A stretch of 64,000 nt of DNA from the NCBI GenBank assembly GCA_010093705.1, contig MU006095.1, positions 496,001-560,000 on the forward strand, read 5' to 3'. The notes under the pieces were generated by a model. It made no database searches. It saw only the letters and a program-made list of their open reading frames with translations, and was not told where the DNA came from. The DNA comes from Patellaria atrata CBS 101060 (lineage: Eukaryota). A program made the translations under genes and the position numbers. This document shows, in pieces, positions 25,071 to 38,041 of this stretch (positions within the stretch are counted from its first letter, which is position 1; each line of letters starts with the position of its first letter).

Positions 25071-27263
25071 ATGGCCCCTCTTGGAGATCTTTCGAGCGCT
25101 TTGGAAAAGTTGTCAGTCTCCGGCATTGACAACAAACCCAAACTTGAGTCCATCGCTGAAGCTGGCGACGATTCCGAAACCACCCAAGCCCAGGCTGAGA
25201 CCGCCAAAGAAGCAGCTACACCCGCACAAGGAACTGAGAAGGAATCGGCTGAAGTACGCGCTAAGAACTTTGGTTGGGTTGACCCAGAGCCGTTCAAGTA
25301 CGATTTGTTCAACGAAGTGAACGTTAAGCCCAAGGATGGTAGGGATTTTAAGGACGATGATGAGTTGAAGGACGGTGTGATATTTCGTAGTCAGGCTTGG
25401 ACTGATACAACTACTAAGTATGAGTTTACTGGTGAGATTGGCGAAGTTGGAGAGCGTATTCCGACACTCGAGAAGGCCCTGTTCAATGAAGAGACCGTCG
25501 CGAAACCTGGTGAACATGTTGAAGCCTATGAGGTTTATAAAATCGTCATCGAAGGACCCAAGTTTATTTCACCGATCGACAACGTGAGTAATTCAAAGCA
25601 GGCCTTTTCCAATCTGCTGCTAATTTGCCATCAGTTTGAGGATGCCGGATTGCACCCTGTAATGCTCGAGAATATCAAGTTATCTCAGTATCCTCGTCCA
25701 ACTCCTATTCAGGCCCACACGATCCCCGGTGTTCTTCTGGGCAATGACATTGTCGGATGCGCTCAGACAGGTAAGTTAAAAGTCAACTAGTCTTCTGACC
25801 AAAAGTCTTCTTTTTACCCAAGCTAACACGTACATTAAGGTTCTGGTAAGACTGCTGCGTATCTTATTCCTATCTTGTCTCGCATGATGGGTAAGGCAAG
25901 TAAGCTCTGTGGTCGCCGTCCTATGCCAGGTGAAGATTTCAAAATCAAGGCGGAGCCACTCGTTGTCGTCGTTTGTCCAAGCCGTGAACTGGCTCTTCAA
26001 ATCTTCGATGAATGCCGCCGTTTGTGCTATCGCTCAATGTTGCGCCCATGTATTGTCTATGGTGGAGCCCCGAAGATGGGTCAACGTGCCGAACTCCAAC
26101 GTGGTTGTGACATTCTCATTGGAACGACTGGTCGCCTCTGCGACTTCCTTGATAACGAACCTCATGTCCTCTCACTTGGTCGTGTCAAGTAAACATTCCT
26201 ATGCTATATTATTTGTATCCTGCTAATACACTCTAGGTACACTGTTGTTGATGAAGCTGATGAAATGCTCAACGCAGCCTGGGAGGAGGAACTTGACAAG
26301 ATCCTTGTTGGTGCTAGTAAGTGGCCTGACTATCTATGCATGTTCTCTTCATTTTCTAACTTCTGCGGTAGCGACTAATGCTGATGATGATCACATTTTC
26401 ATGATGTTCTCAGCTACATTTAACAAGCAGGCTCGATTACTTGCTTCGAAGTATATGGCTGCTGATTACATTCGTATCCGCGTTGGTCGTACCGGTTCCA
26501 CTCACACGAACATCACTCAAGATGTCATTCGCGTTGAGCCGCACCAGAAGCGTGAGGCACTTATTGATCGTCTCTTCATGTGGAAGCCGTGCCGTACCAT
26601 TGTCTTCGTCAATTCCAAACACATGGCTGATCTATTGGACGACTTCCTCTACAATGATCATCGCTTACCAACAACTTCAATTCACTCTGATCGTACACAA
26701 CTTGAGCGTGAGGATGCTCTGTAAGTTTTCTACGTCCTCGCCTTCATCATCTCTCTACTAACCATTATAGTCGTTCTTTCAAGGTTGGATCCTCACCAAT
26801 CTTGATTGCTACCGGTGTCATGGCGCGTGGTATGGACATCCGCAATGTTCAACACATCATCAATTATGACTTGCCTTCTGCTGACCATGGTGGTATCGAT
26901 GAGTACATTCACCGCATCGGTCGTACCGCTCGCATGGGTTACAACGGGTTGGCCACTTCCTTCTATACTGAAAAGGACGAAGGATTGGCTCTGCCTCTTG
27001 TCAAGATTCTCCTTGAATCCAAGCAAAAGATCCCGGATTTCCTTCAACATCTTGTCCCGGAAGATGGTATCATTGACTTCGACGATGATACTAGCGACGA
27101 TGAACCTGATCCAGATACTACTGCTGCTGCTGATCAAGCTTCCGGTGATCAAGAAAGCGTGGGTGGCCAATCTAACCGCATGGACAAGGCTGATGATGTC
27201 TTTTACGATGCTAATACCGAAGTCGAAGGTGGGGGTGTCGCTATCAACAACTCCGTTTGGTAA
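25071..27263 (+). CDS. DEAD-box RNA helicase, Ded1/DDX3/Vasa family; introns 25584-25634, 25771-25839, 26189-26236, 26317-26371, 26721-26770
   Basis: The spliced product contains the Q motif (FEDAGLHP...PTPIQ), AQTGSGKT, PSRELA, YGG, TTGRL, VVDEADEML, FSATF, ATGVMARGMD and YIHRIGRTARMG. Confidence 0.93.
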
Positions 27264-28361
27264 ATCCAATCGCTGAGGATTCTACATCCGCAACGTTGTT
27301 TTTTCTACCACAACGTTCGCGACATCTGACTGGATCTCCGCATGTATAAATACCCCTGGATTCTTCAATTTCTTCACTCTGTCCTCCAATGCTTCTTCCA
27401 GCTGTGTGTTATGTCCTACAATCAAGGTGGTCTATGGAAATGATGGTAGGTGGATGTTCATGAATCGCAGGTTCATGGAGGCTGGAAACCATCGGTGGGA
27501 TAAAGGTGGGCGAAAAGGGCGATGATTGTAGCTAGCTCAGTGAATTTCAAAAGACTTGTTATGTCAACTTATTGCCGTTCCCTGCAGATTGCCAAGTCAT
27601 GATTCGTTTACCACATAGTTGCTGGCTTCACTTCTCAAATTTAACTTCAACCTAGATAGACCCGCCCCTAACCCTCTGTTCAACACCATAGTTGGTGTTT
27701 ACTCCCACTCCGTGATATTCGCCACCGAGGGCTCATTTACAAAAAGGAAAAAGGGCCAACCCAGTTAAGATAACCAATCGGTCGCTGATCGGCCGTTGCT
27801 AGGGAAACAACGGGCAGGTGCTCTTACTTCACCCGGGTTTATTTCGGAACGCCCTTTGTACTCAGAACACCAACTGGAGATGTATGATGTCATAGTGGTG
27901 ATGCTTCTCTTTTTGAACAGTACATCTGTAACTATTGATGTTGTCTCACTTGAAGCAGTTGGTATGTGTTGTAGATTATCTTTTTTACAAATTCCAATTG
28001 CATCAAATGCCCCATTAGATATTCCCTTGATATTTAAGAATGGCTGATGCACAGTCCATCATTCATGGTTTCACCCTTAAACCCTCTCAGGGTGTACTAA
28101 CGCACATATCAAAACTTGGTATCAGGAAACATCGGATAGTGAGAATTCTCATGAGAAGAGAAAAGGTATCTGTCCCAATGCGCCCGCTGTCCCGGATAAA
28201 CTGTCAGTTGAGCAAGATCTTCTAGATTGAATCGAGGTGAGTGTCGTCGTTTTCACGGATTGAGAAGTCAAAAATCTCGTGGGACCTAGATATGGGATCG
28301 TAGACGATCATTTCTTCCTTATGAGCTGTTAGCGGATCAAGCTCATCTTCGGGTATGAAAT

Positions 28362-29335
28362 TTATGGCTCTGTCCCTCTTTTCCCAAGCTGAGGGTGCTT
28401 CGTTTTGTCAGTATCTTGCCTAGGTGAGCAGGGTTGATACTGATACCGTGTTGGAGGTGAGGGATATATCTCTGTTAGATTGAGTGCCGTCCCAGTCATC
28501 GATTCCTCCATACCCTGTTCTTCTGTAGTGAAATCCACGAACTGGACATTTGCGGATACCGTTCCACCCAAACGATCCACGTCAATCCCCCGCCCACACT
28601 CTTCCGGCGTCTCATATCTCTCACAACAAATATACTCCCTCTCCGGCACCATCCTCTGAACACAGTACCTCGCCAACTTATCCGGCACTGCCCGCTGCAT
28701 CACCCCAGCGCTGACAACAGACTCCCAAAACCCATTACTAAACGGTAACTCATCAAAACTATAATAATAAACCGTCCCCACCCCTCCCAACAGCTCATGT
28801 GGAACCATTCCCCCCGCATAGCCCCTAATCCCGTTCACCAGAACCAACCTGCACGCCCCCAGTTCCCCCAGTAACGCCCTCCCAGCCAAGATAGTCTCAG
28901 AAAACGTCGCAGGGAATTCAGGCCAGGCGCTAAGCCGCACGAAAGTGATGCGCTGTCTTGTCCCGTTTCTCCTGGCGAACCGGATGCATTTCACGCGCTC
29001 GTGGCCGCTGTGCTTCGTGCTGCTCTCTACGTGGAGACCGAGCTGCTATCCGTGCTCGTATGCTATGTTGACTTCGGTGGATTGGGATAGGGAGGGGCCT
29101 TTTGGGGTGCAGAAGGGGGTAAGGAGGGAGGACGGGGATTGGGTGATTATGAAGAGGAAGGAGAGGGTGGATTGGAAGAGGAGGAGGGACCGGAAGTTGA
29201 TGCGCACGTCGATGTAAAGGAGAGCCCTTTTTCTTGGAGGTTCTGGGGATGAGCGCTGAGGGTGGGTTGTGGAGAGAGCAGGTTGGTGAAGCTTGGAGGT
29301 TCGGGAAAGGAGGGTGGTATGTGTGTTCCAGGGTT
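28362..29335 (-). pseudogene. Probable pseudogene of unknown family (in-frame TAG at 29046-29048)
   Basis: The frame of the 210-aa ORF (which starts at GTG) stays open and protein-like for ~95 codons upstream of a single TAG (..LLYIDVRINFRSLLLFQ...NIAYEHG*QLGLHVE..). Confidence 0.4.
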
Positions 29336-30145
29336 ATCCTGCTGGATGCGTTGAAGGATTGGACTTCAGGGATGTTGGGATTTTGGACGTTGGAGCTCAG
29401 GGGTTGGTATAGAGAGTCGAAGTTTGAGATCTTGGTACATGGAGAGGACGATTTCAGTAACAGGAGGTGTTAAGAATTGCTAGTAGTTCGAGTGATCAGT
29501 AAACTCCTCCATATAATGTAAAAAAAATAAATTAATGAGAATAAGAAGTTTCAAAGTGAATGTAAGTGTGGAAAGAGTGATTGGAAAAAAAAAGAGCCTT
29601 CATGAGGAATAGTGTTGAAGTATGGGTCTTGTCGGATTGCTCCAGTAGCTGAAAAGATGCATGTGCTTGATTCTCCAACAAATGGTTCTACCTAGCTGTT
29701 ATATACTGCAGGTGTGTACTAAAAAGGACGGAACAGTATGAAATCTGTGTCTTAGAAAGTAACGAAAATAGTACCAACAGTAAGGACTAAAAGATAGTGC
29801 TGCCAAAGCTAATGATTTTTTTTAATCCATTGTATTGCGTTATCTACAATACTTTAGATAGAGTAGAAGCATAGAGTCTACAGAAGATAACAAGATGTAT
29901 GGCATAGAAATGGAAATTAGAAAAAAGATGGTGAAGAGGAAGAAAGACGGTTTTCCGACAATTTCCTTTATATGGAGTTTAAACGTAATGGCTTTCTTTT
30001 ACATATAAATTACCAGTGGGTTAAACTACTAAAGACTTCACTAAGCATATAAGGGTCCTGAAAAGGGATTCATGTATATAGGGTGTTGCGCCATAGCTTG
30101 AAGGCTGCATGCGCAGTATTGTAGGTAATACAATACATTGAAATT

Positions 30146-30245
30146 NNNNNNNNNNNNNNNNNNNNNNNNNNNNNNNNNNNNNNNNNNNNNNNNNNNNNNN
30201 NNNNNNNNNNNNNNNNNNNNNNNNNNNNNNNNNNNNNNNNNNNNN
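30146..30245. other. Assembly gap (100 N)
   Basis: Run of exactly 100 N next to a repeat copy. Confidence 1.
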
Positions 30246-30250
30246 AAAAA

Positions 30251-30420
30251 AGTAGCATGGAGCACGAAAAAGTCTCACTTCAACAATTATTTGTTTCGTC
30301 CTCAACTGACTCCACTAGCTCAACAGATATCTCAACAACTATTAGATATATTGAGATTTGGATACGTGTTCTCGGTAGCTCTTCAGTATATATAGGAATT
30401 CCTTTAGTGGATAGATAGAA
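30251..30420 (+). repeat. Dispersed repeat copy A (5' end lost in gap), solo-LTR-like
   Basis: Near-identical to 30553-30716 (AGTAGCATGGAGCACGAAAAA...CAACAGATATCTCAAC...CTTCAGTATATATAG...CCTTTAGTGGATA). Confidence 0.85.
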
Positions 30421-30495
30421 AAATGAAGCGACATACTCCATGCACCTGCAGATACAGTTTATCTCACAACTGGTCCTACTGGCGACCAGGGGTAA

Positions 30496-30716
30496 TGTTG
30501 AAGTATGAGTCCTTTGGTGGATTTGTCAACTATCTGTCAGCTGTCAGCCATGGAGTAGCATGGAGCACGAAAAAAATCTCTCTTCAACAATTATCTGTTT
30601 CGTCTTCAACTGACTCCACTATCTCAACAGATATCTCAACGACTATTAGACATATTGAGATTTGGATACGTGTTCTCGGTAGCTCTTCAGTATATATAGA
30701 AATTCCTTTAGTGGAT
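30496..30716 (+). repeat. Dispersed repeat copy B, solo-LTR-like, starts TGTTGAAGTATG
   Basis: Direct repeat of copy A and matches the reverse complement of 40205-40443. Confidence 0.85.
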
Positions 30717-30901
30717 ACGTATTGGGTTTCATCCAGCATTGATTCATAGCCAATATATATACCTCTCGGGAATTGGATTAAAACGTGACATTCAAACATT
30801 TCTTCATCAGCATTTCGAAGAACACACACAAAATTCTGAACCATCATTATCTGTTCAGCATCTCCTAAGAATTATCACAATCTCCTTTCCTAATTGTATC
30901 T

Positions 30902-31982
30902 ATGGCCGAACCGAGCACCCGCACTTCCTCGACCGAATCTAGGGAGGAGTTTGAGAGGAACCTTCACGATTGGAAGCAAGCTCGGGCAGTTGAAAAAGGC
31001 CCCATATTGTTTCCACAGTCCGGGGGAGACTTAGCTCCGCTTTGGCTCTTTCCAAAATGTGAAATCTTCCTCTTTGTGAGCGACATGGCTGCCCCCTTTC
31101 GCGATCCGACAAACCCAGTCTCGACAACAAATTTGACACACGAAGTCTACGCCAATGCGATCTTGAAGCGCTTCCAGGATCAAGCCGTCAGGATTGACAC
31201 GAAGGCCACGTACCGAGGGAAGAAGACCGGCAACAATAACATCCGCGAATGGCACTTCCCAGGTCGTAATCAGACTGTTTATGTCCTTTTCTCCACTAGT
31301 TTGGCGGGATTATCAAAAGACCTGGCAAAAAAAGAATGTGTTGAGATTCAAGAAATCTATGACAAATGCGAAGCTGTCATCACTTATAATGGCGAAGAGA
31401 CGCAACGAAGCTTATAAGGATTTGTCAAATGGAATCAAGAGGGTATATTTCGCATATCCTCCTTCATAAATGGTAGGGGAGCATTGCCCAAGTGGCTTTA
31501 GCAGTCGCGGAGAGGAAGTCCTCAATCCCTTTAGAAACTTCTTAGGGGAGCGAGAGTACTTCCGCTATGTGGATGCTCGCATACCTACGGATGGTGGCTT
31601 TGAACACCTCAAAGAAGTCGGAGAATACCACAAAAGCTATCTTCTACCTATCCTTTGTAAGTAAGGTCTGTATATTGAGAGAATAAATGCTGGGTTGACT
31701 TTCATAGTCTGGCCTAGAGAAGAGGGTGCATGGCTCGAAGTCGTAAGGTCTAAACTGGAGAAGGGAGAACTGGTGGATGTCGATGATTTGGAGAACTTTT
31801 TCACCTATGAACCTGCTGGGCGCCAGAATCGCTCTATAATAAGGTTTTCATGTTCTCATACGTCTGTTAATGAGAAGACGAAGTATTTCTTGGACTCTCT
31901 GAACTCTCAATCGGGCCAAGGTAGCTATCTGCTTCCGGATCACACTCGAACGAAGGGTAACGTTCAGCTGGAGTGTCCATAA
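30902..31982 (+). pseudogene. Probable pseudogene of unknown family (frameshift near 31410, TAA at 31467-31469, intron ~31657-31708)
   Basis: Consecutive protein-like ORFs 30902-31417, ..YKDLSNGIKRVYFAYPPS*MVGEHCP.. (31470-31664) and 31695-31982, linked by one frameshift, one stop and a GTAAGT..TAG intron. Confidence 0.5.
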
Positions 31983-32938
31983 CACGATCGCCGCCCCACT
32001 CGTTGCAGCCGTCGGTACTAGAATCGTCTAGAACGGATTGAAAGGTCTGGAATAGACCTTCATAGTGTTAGTGCGAAGTTGAGAGTAGCATAAGGCCAGA
32101 TGGGATTACCGTACCAGTGTCCTTTTAACTTTCGTGTTAGCAGATGGATCAAGAGGAGAATGAACTACAAATTGCACATACCAATCTCATGAATTGCAAC
32201 ATTCCCAAGGCCATACTGCGGCACTCCAGGATGCTCTGAAGGAAGATAGCCTGGAATGGCGTCGTACATGAGATGAACGCCATCTTCCCAGAATGAACCC
32301 GCCAGGAGAGACGCTATCCCATGGGAAAGTAGCCCACTAATCAATTGAGCATCTTTTAACCTGAAGTTAGGGTTTGAAGGGATAGAGGGCAAACTTACGC
32401 CGACGCTATATCCGATCCCATCCACAAGTTCTTGCAGGTAAATGTTTAAGGCAGCATAACTGCCACGGCGAAGTGTATTTCCCATCTGGGATGGATTGTA
32501 TCCCAGTGCCCATAGGTCATTCACTGTATGAGTGGTTCCGGTGTAGTTGAAGGCGATGCCGATACCCTCAAAGGAGATGTTTATGATATTGATCTGTTCT
32601 CGAATTTGATAATACTATATTATGACTCAATAACTAGCCACACACTACGCAGGGGAGACGCTCACGGAGATTTGACTACTTGAGTTCAAAGCAGTCTCGA
32701 CTGTCATAACATGGACGTATGTGTCTACAGTTTTCCCCGCGTCCCATTGGTGCCAAGGGCAGATATCTCCTCGAGTTCCAACCGTATCCTAGGTCTGTCC
32801 ATTTTCGCGAGCAATTTCGGCCACATTGACGGCGAGGAACACGGGTGGGCTTATACTGCCGCGGGTCCTGTTCGGGGCAAAAGCATGTACCGAACCCCAG
32901 AATAAGAAGCAGAGGAAATCGAGAAGGAGATTCTTCAT
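31920..32938 (-). pseudogene. Degenerate secreted M43 (pappalysin/MEP1-like) zinc metalloprotease
   Basis: Signal peptide MKNLLLDFLCFLFWGSVHA, then TVDTYVHV, LRRGSYAALNIY, EDGV, and spliced HEIG|HWYG|LFQTFQ...GC...GDRVMDTPAE. In-frame TAG at 32789-32791, third zinc ligand His replaced by Gln, C-terminal NFMDY region not found. Confidence 0.75.
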
Positions 32939-34155
32939 AGTTGACCCGAGTTTAGGTAAAGAAATCAAATCGAAGAATACGCCCAGGAAGGGTCTGAGGA
33001 ATAAAGGCTATACTTGATCCTTTATAAAAACGATGGAGCTAGGATGGAGCTTCATGTAACGCTCCTACCAGTTATCTCATTGGGTTGCGAACTTATTAAG
33101 AAAATGAATAGTCCACAGGAGTCGAGTGCAGTCAAGTGGTTGAGCGATATCAACGATCGGTAACACTTATATGTCTTTTTGGAGGAATCTAGTCGTCCAC
33201 GTTGAATGTTACTTATCCCGATTCTAGGTCTTAAGTGCAGTATTTTAGGTTCTGTCGCCATCGTAAGAACTGAAACTTTTCTAGTAACGGTGCGAAATCC
33301 AACAAACAGTTCGATTATAGCATTAACCCACCGGCTACCTTCGTAATGATAAGGATGATAACAACGCCTCTCTTGCAGAAAGGGGTTCCAGTACGAGGCT
33401 ACGCTAGTTGGCTTGTTGAATCTGATCTGAAATATGACGGACTAGAAAGAGAGGGTGCTGAATAGGACTGTATAATGAGATTTTTGAACCAGTATGCTTC
33501 ACTTCTGGGCTTCTATATTCTTCAGACTGTTGAATTGCCTTACTCATGTTACAATCAAAACTGGCCGCAGAGGGTTCTACCAAATCGTCGGAGCAAACCC
33601 CGCCCCTATCATACCTACTGTACAATCTCGTACAAAGGACAAACATACACGACGTACAAGTTATAGACCCGTTGCGTACGATATACGGGAATGAGAAGAA
33701 AAACCTACATCGAGTACGAGTTCTCCTCTAGTTCCTATGTGGTGTGGGACGTTCCGCCGCACCGTATATTGAGTACAAAAGTTTGTCGGCCCTTTGACAG
33801 ATCTCACCAAGAGGCACCCAGAGCTCCAGGGCTAGAAATGAATCGTGATAGATTATATATATATCTTACAAATTACATTACTCTAAAATCGAAATCAGCA
33901 ACTGTGCCGCTGCTATGGCGATGCTCGAGCATCAATCTCGTCTATCATGTTTCCATGTCCATAACCCGTAGCCCATAACCCGTCCAGTCGTTTTGAAATC
34001 GTAACGCCGTAACCAGCCTTCAAATGGCTCTAGATGTAGCATATCCCGTCTCTTATGATACCAAATGCTCCATGCTCAAAGAATAAAAAAAAGTAGTGAA
34101 ACAAGCAATTCCACAGGACTAAAATCGCCTCTTCTTTATCGTTCGGTTTGGTCCC

Positions 34156-36967
34156 CTACACATTTCTAACCGCACGCTCTCGACTTGCCTCACCTCTCAC
34201 ATTACCCATCTGGTCAATCCCCAAATGCTCTCTTCCATCCACGCCCTCATAGATCCCAAACCTGAATTTCTTAAGTTCCAACTCCCTTCTCTGTGCTAGA
34301 CTTGTCCCGGTCTCTTTCTCCCTGAAGGGTATAGGTGCCGATATATTCAGCCTACTGGTACTCGCACCACTCACACCAGGTAGACGTCTATGGCTGGGGC
34401 TAAACAACGTGACCAAGCTCTTCCCAGCGCCAACATTGCGCACTGGAGAGTATCCCATCAATCTCGTCACTAGTTCCTCCTTTGTGGCTGGGTTGTGAAA
34501 AGCCCGTTGAGTGAGCATGCGGGATTGGTAGAGCCACGACACGATATCAGTCAGAGTCATGGCGGGATGCGGAAGTGCTAAGACCTTGCGTTGGGGGGCA
34601 ACAGCGAACAGGGAAAGGGCGTAAAGTGCGAGGAACACACAGAGAGCATAAAAGGCTGCAGGCTGTGCGGCAACACGTGTCGTACCACCGGAGGTGTTCG
34701 ATGTTGCGGCTGTTGCATCGGCGTTGCTGTCGGGGGTATTCGAGGGGTACCATTGGGTCCAGAAGACTCCCCCGGCAAGTACGGGTAATACCGCATTGAT
34801 GAGCGCTTGAAATGATAAGATACAGACGCGCCAGTCACCAGCAGAAACAGCGGCAAGGGAGATAGAGATCGGTTGGCGGTAAGGGTAGTCGAGTAGAAGA
34901 GACTCATCAGCTGCCGCGCCGCTTGGAGACGAGAGGCGTGCGAAAGGTGTTAAACGCCTGAAAGCGAAGTCGAGAGGTTGATACAGAAGGAAGAGGATAA
35001 GGCCTAACAGTGCTGGAAGGAAGGAGTACAAGAAATTGGAGGGGGAGAAACCATCTAAACACGTTAATGACGCTTTTCGACAAGTTGTGAGGCGAATATA
35101 CTTACCACTGTCAGCATATGCGTTAACATCAGGCAAAAAGCCATCGCGAACCGCATTGTTGACGAAACTAACGACCAAAAGTGCGATGAAAAGGACGAGT
35201 GCAATAACGATCCATGCAACGACAAACGTGTCGCGCAAAAACCAGGGCAAATGTCTTCTCCTTGCTGATGCAGACCGTAGTCCTATGATTTCTCCTCCAG
35301 CTTCCAAGTCAGTACCCTCCTTTTCGTATCCAACGTCTCTGATCTTGTTCCCTCTAATATCGTAGGATCGAGGCCGTGCGCCTTCTTCGCCGATCGCGTA
35401 AAATACGTCCCTCGTATTTCTCCTCGCGGTCCAGTACCCGAGCCGGTAAGCAGACCGTTGTCCAATCGGTACGCGTTCCTGGGTGACTGAGGTGTCGGGC
35501 ATTATTTCAGAGCCAGAGAAGTTGTTTATGATGTTCGATTTCTCGATCATAACCGCAATATCAGCGAGAGACCTTGCGTCCCATTTCAATCCAGATGGCT
35601 TAGTGATGACAGTGATCAAGACAAGAATGAGTCCAATTACTTCGAGAATGTAGAAAACAACAATGACCCAGAGAACACCTTCAACGCCTACCCATTTCCA
35701 CGAACTACTACCTCGGACATATCGAATATTGAATGCGCCTCCCAATAACGGAACAGTGAAATTAAAGAGCCAGGAAAAAAGGAAGAAAACACCCAAGAGC
35801 GGCTGGCCTCTTCGGAAATGTTGCAGATTGGGAAACAAAAATTGCGTCGGATACAACTTCAGATATGGTGCACCCAGTCTTGCCGTTTCAGATGTACTAG
35901 AGATGCCCATGAAAACAGACATACGCTGGACGGCAATCTGGATCTGGATGAGCCATAAGAGAAACAAGACACCGATCAAAGTGGGTAAATACTGGAAGAC
36001 GAAATAACGACCGTCACCGAAACTAGTATACCCCCAGAGACCGTCATCCGTATCTTTTGTATCAGAATAAATAGCGCAGAAAATAAGTGCAGCGAGCATA
36101 AGAAGACTGAGAAATAGGAATAAAATAAGCCAGACAGGCCGAATGATCGTTGGGAGAAAACGTAACTGAGGGTACTGGAAGCTATCTTTGGGTGGATTAA
36201 ATGCGACAAGTACATCGTCCTTTCGTACTACGTTCGCGGGCATCCGATGTTTGTGCCGATCGATGTCCTTATCTGGCTCACGACGAGGTGGTGGATCTGC
36301 CGGAGGGGCCCGATTGATATAACCCAATCCTTCATCTGGTATAATGCGTTCCACGGGATAGAGCGGCGACGCAGCAGTAGGGTAGTGTCTAGATCCTCTG
36401 ACTTCTTCGTCCCGTGTGAGTTGCTCGAGTGCAAACTGGATATAGGGCGAGTTATCTACGCCAGGGGTTACTGTCGGTGCCCTTTGTTCGATAGCCATCC
36501 TCTTCGCTTCGTTTTCTGTAGGCGACGAGGTACGGGAGCCGACCGGTTTACGTGATATACGTTTGTTTTCCGCGAAGGGGGGTACCGCAGCAGCAGCAGA
36601 GCTAGATTCAGCAATTGGTGCTCTCCGTTTGCCTGTACCTCGTATGGATGGAAGGGCTGGTTCTGAAGGTATCATCTCATGACTTTGCTGTGGAGTGCGG
36701 TAGTGTGATGGTGGTGTCGGGTCTCGTATGGCTGTGAGCTGTGATCGGTCATCGCTGTCGGTCGTAGGGTCTTCAGAGAAAGAGAAGTAGTCTTCAGAGG
36801 CGGTAATGCTTTGTCTCGAGTCGGTATGCTGTAGTTCCGGGCGACTAACTATGCCAGCCGATATACAATTAGCACTTCTATACAGTTTGGAGTTTAATGA
36901 TACAACGCTCACCGTTAGTTTGCTTGAGGGAGAGACGTGCAGGATCCTCAGAGCTCATGTCGGTCAT
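34156..36967 (-). CDS. Fungal multi-pass membrane protein of DUF3433 type (two repeated TM modules)
   Basis: Short first exon MTDMSSEDPARLSLKQTN with a GTGAGC donor at 36912, plus an in-frame intron near 35055-35105. Motifs TPGVDNSPYIQFALEQLTRDEE, YFVFQYLPT, SGLKWDARSLAD, FSPSNFLYSFLP and ESLLLDY. Confidence 0.8.
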
Positions 36968-37552
36968 TCAAGAACAGATGCAGCAATGCAAAGGAGCAGG
37001 GGAAGTAGGATGGATCTCATCTTGCAGGTATAGCGTAGACTTGGGATTATATTGGATATATCGGCGGTGGTGGGTTACCTGGTGGGAGGGCTGGTGATGA
37101 AACCGAAGGCTGGTGTACCAGAAAAGGTGGCTGCGGAACCACAAAGATGACGCCATGACACAACATTTCCTACTTCCATGTGCCAAAAAGTAAAAATGTG
37201 TTGCTACAGATCAAAATTTTTACACCGTAGATTCGCATATTTACATCTGTTTTTGAAAAGAGATAAATAAAGGAACAACTTTGAACTTTTGGTCGCGATG
37301 TTGGAAAAGCTCTCGCTGGTGGGTGGAATAGCAGGGGGAGTCGATGCGAACAGCGCAAACAAGCTTTCCGCACATCCTCGGGTACGCTGCCAACGTCACC
37401 CCAAACAAGTCTTTCGACAATTGCAATGATAATGATTGATGAGATCAATTATCTGATCTGTTTTATTTCAATGTAGTTGTATTCAGCAAATTTCAGTCTC
37501 AATTTGAGTGTTTTCAAGCCAATCTACCTTTCCAGCGAGCTCTCACATCATA

Positions 37553-38041
37553 ATGTCATCCAATAAACCTCCCAGCTCCCCCATCCTAACCATCCCCACC
37601 CTCTCCCTCTCCGCTGCGAAAGTCGCGACCGACGCTTGCGAAGCTCGTGCAAAAGCCATTGGTATCTCCATGAACATTGCCATCTCCTCAAGCGATACGC
37701 ACCTGCTCCACTTTGTGCGTATGGACGGGGCAAAACTGACATCGATCCCCATCGCTATCGACAAGGCCTTCACAGCCGCAGGTCATCGGGTACCGACGTC
37801 AGCATATAAAGAGAATGTGTGGCCTGGAGGCGCAGCGTTTGGGATCTGGAACAGCCATGGAGGTCGGTTCCAGGTAATTGGCGGTGGTGTACCGATAAAG
37901 GGTCCCGGGGGAGAGGTCCTGGGTGCTGTGGGATGCTCAACCGGAACCCCGGCGCAGGATGAAGAAGTTGCGAAAGCTGGAGCTGAGGAAGCAGAGAGGC
38001 GGATAAGAGAACACATTGGGAAGGCAAAGGCGAAGTTATGA
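37553..38041 (+). CDS. GlcG/HbpS/PduO-C (DUF336) heme-binding family protein
   Basis: Intronless 162 aa with motifs MNIAI, LLHFVRMDGAKLTSIPIAIDKAFTAA and GGGVPI...LGAVGCSTGTPAQDEEVA. Confidence 0.88.
   Translation: MSSNKPPSSPILTIPTLSLSAAKVATDACEARAKAIGISMNIAISSSDTHLLHFVRMDGAKLTSIPIAIDKAFTAAGHRVPTSAYKENVWPGGAAFGIWNSHGGRFQVIGGGVPIKGPGGEVLGAVGCSTGTPAQDEEVAKAGAEEAERRIREHIGKAKAKL

Noticed and set aside
30021..30395. ORFs spanning the N run
   Set aside because: Artefacts of translating the 100-N gap.
30251..30716. Direct repeats as a CRISPR-like array
   Set aside because: Only two long (~165 bp) copies, no short repeat-spacer periodicity, and a eukaryotic context.
37553..38041. Intronless DUF336 gene as a recent bacterial transfer
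   Set aside because: The family is known from many fungi and the base composition is unremarkable; nothing in the sequence supports recent HGT.
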